64,000 nucleotides of DNA from contig LCFM01000005.1 in NCBI GenBank assembly GCA_000999025.1, positions 71,087 to 135,086 on the forward strand, written 5' to 3'. Position numbers and translations under genes: made by a program. The notes beneath the pieces are model-generated. The model made no database searches. It was not told the DNA's origin and was given only the letters and a program-made list of their open reading frames with translations. Shown here piece by piece: positions 60,419 through 64,000 of this stretch. Positions within the stretch are counted from its first letter, which is position 1; each line of letters begins with the position of its first letter. Origin of the DNA: Parcubacteria group bacterium GW2011_GWA2_43_13. Its GTDB lineage: Bacteria > Patescibacteriota > Patescibacteriia > UBA9629 > GWA2-43-13.

Positions 60419-62992
60419 TTATGTGAGGTGTTGTTTCAGCTCATCGAGTTTTTGGAGAGCTTCTATTGGAGTGAGGGTATTTGGATTGATATTTTTGAGT
60501 TGTTCTATCAGGTTCTGATGAGCGCAGGCCGAAAATAAGTGGGGTTGAATAACTACCGTAGAGACGGGGTTAACCTCGTCTCTACGCGTTTGGGTGTTAT
60601 TTTGTTCTAAATTTGTTAGTATCATTTTTGCTTGTAAAATGACCTCTTTGGGTAATCCGGCAAGCCGAGCTACTTCAATGCCGTAGGATTTATCTATACC
60701 GCCAGGCACAACTTGATGTAAAAATAATACCCCTTCTTGCTCATTTTCTTTTACTGCTACGCGATAATTGTGGCATCTTTCTAATTGTTCGCCGAGTTCG
60801 ATGAGTTCGTGATAATGCGTAGCGAACAAAATTTTTGTTCGGCTTGTTGTATGAAAATATTCAATCACTGCCCATGCAATAGACACGCCATCATACGTTG
60901 ATGTCCCTCTGCCTAATTCGTCAAAAATGACTAAACTATTATCAGTCGCATTGCTTAAAATATACGCCGCCTCCTGCATTTCGACCATAAAGGTTGATTG
61001 TCCACGCGCAAGATCATCTGATGCGCCAACGCGCGTGAAAATGCGATCAATAATACTGATAGATGCGTGGTCTGCAGGAACAAAAGAACCTATTTGTGCC
61101 ATCAATACAATCAATGCGTTTTGCCTGAGATATGACGATTTTCCACTCATGTTTGGCCCGGTAAGAATGATGATTTGCTGATCAGTAGAATTAAGAGCAA
61201 GATCGTTTGGGATATACTGTTGGGAAATAATTTTTTCTATCACCGGATGTCGTCCGTTGCGGATAGTAATAATTGAATCAGAAGTAATATGTGGCTTTGT
61301 ATAGCGATAAGAAATGGCATTGTGCGCAAACGCGCAATACACATCAACTTCCGCTATCGCTTTACCGATGTTTTGTATTGTTTTAAGATAAGGCGTAAGA
61401 AAAGAAATGCATTGATCAAAGAGTTCTTTTTCAAGTATCAGTATTTTTTCTTCTGCTGTTAAGACCTTTTCTTCATATATTTTTAAATCAGGGGTAATAA
61501 AACGCTCTGCATTTACTAATGTTTGGCGGCGTTCAAAATAATCAGGAACTCGAGTCAACTGGCCTTTGGAAATTTCAATAAAGTAGCCAAAAATTTTATT
61601 GAATTTTATTTTTAAATTGTCAATGCCTGTTTTTTTACGTTCTTCTTCTTGGTAGCGCGAGAGCCATTCTTTGCCTCCATAGGCAATATCGCGCCATTCA
61701 TCTAATTCCGGGCTGTATCCTTTGCGTATCACTCCTCCGTGGTCAAAGAGAGCTGGCGGATTATCAGAAATCATCTGATTGAGAATGGAAAGCGGTTCTG
61801 TGTATGTTTGCTGATCAAAAAATGTGTTCAGTTCTTGAATTCGAGTGGAATGCATCTGCGATGCCATATCACATAATTGTGGGATCTGATCAAATGTGGT
61901 TCGGAGAGCGTGGAGATCCCGCGGTCCTACCCTATTTGCTCCAATTTTTGCCGCAATTCTTTCCAAATCGTTCATACGAGTAAGATGTGGTATGAGTCGG
62001 GTGATTATTGACATTGATTGGGTCATATCTTCCACTGCTTCTATACGCATTTCAATGGATTTTTTATTCAACAGGGGATGCATCAGCCACGATCGCAACA
62101 TTCTTCCGCCCATAGGCGTTTTGGTTGTATCTAAAACATCAAATAAAGAACCTGTGGTGTCATGCGATCTTACGGTTGTGAATAATTCAAGATTGCGGAT
62201 AGTGGTTTCATCTAACAGCATGGTCTCGTTCCATTGGTACTGTTTGATAGTGGTAATATGGGCGAGTGATGTTTTTTGCGTTTCTTTTAAATACACAATC
62301 AAACGCGCGGCCGCTTCTGTTTGTTGATCATTCTTTTGTAATCCAAAGGAATCAATTGAATTGATATGAAAATGGCGAGTGATGGTTTCATCAGCAGACA
62401 ACGTCAGGATTGGCGTTGTTACAAGGTAATACGCGCCAAGTTCTTGCGAAGGCATGGTAACGAGTGATTCATGAACCAGCACTTCTGACGGTTCAAGCCG
62501 TTTCAGCAGTGTATACGCGATATGCGTTGGTGCTTGGCAGACAAAAAAATCACCAGTGGTGATGTCGCAAAACGCCAATCCCGTGTATTCTTCGCCTTGA
62601 ATGAATGCGGCGCAGTAATTATTTTTTTTACCTTTCATCACAGCTTCGGAAAACGTTGTGCTTGGCGTGATTATGCGGACAACTTCCCGTTGTACTATTT
62701 TTCCTTGCTCTGGTTCTGTGGTTTGTTCCACAATCGCGACTCGTTTACCCGCTTTTGTGAGTTCCGCGATATATGCTTCAGCCGCATGGTGAGGTATGCC
62801 TGCCATGGGTATTTCATGTGGTGTGTTTTTGAATCTGGCTGTAAGCGTTAAATCCAAGATCCGTGATCCTTCAAGCGCGTCTTGTCCAAACATCTCGTAA
62901 AAATCGCCCAAACGAAAAAACACAATCGCGTCCAGATGTTGATTTTTAATAGCCCAATATTGTTCCAGTAACGGAGTGGTCTCATTCTGCAT
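60419..62992 (-). CDS. mutS: DNA mismatch repair protein MutS, with an in-frame family A repeat near the C-terminus
   Basis: It has the mismatch-binding N-terminus and the Walker A GPNMSGKSS. The repeat at 60557-60584 is translated as ...TRRDEVNPVSTVV... Confidence 0.95.
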   Translation of the reverse strand: MQNETTPLLEQYWAIKNQHLDAIVFFRLGDFYEMFGQDALEGSRILDLTLTARFKNTPHEIPMAGIPHHAAEAYIAELTKAGKRVAIVEQTTEPEQGKIVQREVVRIITPSTTFSEAVMKGKKNNYCAAFIQGEEYTGLAFCDITTGDFFVCQAPTHIAYTLLKRLEPSEVLVHESLVTMPSQELGAYYLVTTPILTLSADETITRHFHINSIDSFGLQKNDQQTEAAARLIVYLKETQKTSLAHITTIKQYQWNETMLLDETTIRNLELFTTVRSHDTTGSLFDVLDTTKTPMGGRMLRSWLMHPLLNKKSIEMRIEAVEDMTQSMSIITRLIPHLTRMNDLERIAAKIGANRVGPRDLHALRTTFDQIPQLCDMASQMHSTRIQELNTFFDQQTYTEPLSILNQMISDNPPALFDHGGVIRKGYSPELDEWRDIAYGGKEWLSRYQEEERKKTGIDNLKIKFNKIFGYFIEISKGQLTRVPDYFERRQTLVNAERFITPDLKIYEEKVLTAEEKILILEKELFDQCISFLTPYLKTIQNIGKAIAEVDVYCAFAHNAISYRYTKPHITSDSIITIRNGRHPVIEKIISQQYIPNDLALNSTDQQIIILTGPNMSGKSSYLRQNALIVLMAQIGSFVPADHASISIIDRIFTRVGASDDLARGQSTFMVEMQEAAYILSNATDNSLVIFDELGRGTSTYDGVSIAWAVIEYFHTTSRTKILFATHYHELIELGEQLERCHNYRVAVKENEQEGVLFLHQVVPGGIDKSYGIEVARLAGLPKEVILQAKMILTNLEQNNTQTRRDEVNPVSTVVIQPHLFSACAHQNLIEQLKNINPNTLTPIEALQKLDELKQHLT
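60557..60584. repeat. Family A element (GTAGAGACGGGGTTAACCTCGTCTCTAC)
   Basis: It is a near-perfect palindrome inside mutS. Confidence 0.9.
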
Positions 62993-63162
62993 AGCACAGG
63001 GTATTGTATGGGGTTTGATGTATTCATGCAACCAAAGGAGTTGACTTTATGATGAGAAGATTTTAATGTATAGATATTCTGTGACAACAGCGGAAGAGTG
63101 ACATTGAGGGTGTTGTCTCTTGTCGCTTTTCCTTGTTGTTCTCTTTTCACCTCGAGGAGCCG

Positions 63163-63324
63163 GTAATGCTGGATCACAGCACCTTACGCTACGTCGAGAC
63201 CGGGGACGGGTGTTTCATTTACGATCCCCTGCATGTTCGTGGAGAGATTGATCACGATGACTCTCACGATGACGACGTAGATAAGGAGCAGGATGATGCG
63301 TTGTCGGAAGAATCAGATCAGTAA
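63163..63324 (+). CDS. Small highly acidic hypothetical protein (53 aa)
   Basis: The RBS GAGGAG lies 6 nt before the ATG; the ORF has elevated GC and a downstream terminator. Confidence 0.3.
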   Translation, partial: VMLDHSTLRYVETGDGCFIYDPLHVRGEIDHDDSHDDDVDKEQDDALSEESDQ

Positions 63325-63414
63325 CCTTCGCGCTCTTGATGGTAGGGTACGGGCGCGTAATCGCTGGTATCGGTCTAAGTGGTACCAACGGATGCGTTGA
63401 TCACAATGGAGGTT

Positions 63415-63458
63415 CGGGAGGGGACATGGCGACGGCTTGTCCCCTCTTCCTTTTTTTT
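63415..63458 (+). terminator. Terminator AGGGGACA-tggcgacggct-TGTCCCCT followed by CTTCCTTTTTTTT
   Basis: The hairpin plus T-run is read directly. Confidence 0.65.
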
Positions 63459-63537
63459 AGTATACGATTTAAAATGCTGACAGATTTGTACGGGCGCGGT
63501 GTTCCGCGTCTTTTATCAGCGAGTACAATCCCGATAA

Positions 63538-63622
63538 GGAAAGGTGGCCGAGTGGTCTATGGCGCACGCTTGGAAAGCGTGTGTGGGGAAACTCACCGTG
63601 GGTTCAAATCCCACCCTTTCCG
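63538..63622 (+). tRNA. tRNA-Ser (anticodon GGA), long variable arm
   Basis: The cloverleaf was folded by eye: acceptor GGAAAGG/CCTTTCC + G, D-loop GCCGAGTGGTCTATGGC, anticodon loop TTGGAAA, T-arm GGTTCAAATCC. Confidence 0.85.
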
Positions 63623-63637
63623 TTTTGGTCTAAAAAG

Positions 63638-64000
63638 TATGCTATTTGATATTTTTAAAGCCGTTATTTTGGGGATTGTAGAAGGGGCAACAGAGTTTTT
63701 ACCCATTTCCTCTACTGGTCATTTGATTATTGTAAATCAATGGTTGTCTTTAAGTGGCGACGTTACAAAAATATTTGATATTGTTATTCAAGGAGGCGCG
63801 ATAGTTGCGGTTTTTTTTTATTTTCACAAGCAATTAATTCCTATCGGCAAGAATAAAGGCGCAGTGCTTCACATATGGGTAAAAGCATTGATTGGGACGA
63901 TTCCCGCTCTCATTCTTGGGGTTATCGCGGGAGAGAGTGTTCAAAAAGCGTTATTTCATCCTTTTGTCGTATCAGTGGCATTAATTATTGGAGGCATCGC
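63638..64000 (+). CDS. uppP: Undecaprenyl-diphosphatase (BacA/UppP), 5' part (gene continues past the window end)
   Basis: The N-terminus is AVILGIVEGATEFLPISSTGHLI. Confidence 0.9.

Overview
The window is a gene-dense bacterial chromosomal segment of about 45% GC, dominated by housekeeping genes. These are rpoB (3' end), rpoC, ftsK, recA, efp, the rpsF-ssb-rpsR cluster, ychF, xseAB, folD, glyA, trpS, RNase J, secG, pcrA, uvrC/uvrA, groES/groEL with a CIRCE operator, pyk, mutL/mutS, two tRNAs and uppP (partial). Gene content and size suggest a reduced-genome, possibly uncultivated lineage; this is low-confidence and not needed for the calls. A cell-surface polysaccharide locus lies inside it: a GT2, a Wzz-like protein, an O-antigen-ligase-like protein and two GT4 glycosyltransferases.

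Three things stand out. (1) There are several families of short palindromic, MITE-like repeats, and many of them are inserted in-frame inside protein-coding genes (ychF, folD, mutS, an Elp3 homolog, a Trm9-like methyltransferase, an O-antigen-ligase-like gene and a GT4 glycosyltransferase). This parallels the Rickettsia palindromic elements. (2) A roughly 2.7 kb island of about 62-65% GC (20.7-23.4 kb) encodes a putative beta-barrel protein and two paralogous lipoproteins, one of them frameshifted. Repeats bound it on the left and a terminator followed by repeat copies on the right, so it looks horizontally acquired. (3) A divergent Elp3-homolog plus Trm9-like methyltransferase pair suggests an eukaryote/archaea-type mcm5U34 tRNA wobble-modification module.

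The window also holds an IS481-family element inserted upstream of pcrA, an orphan histidine-kinase H-box mini-ORF, and a small Arg-rich ORF with its own ribosome-binding site and terminator between uvrC and uvrA. Several structured intergenic elements are present as well.
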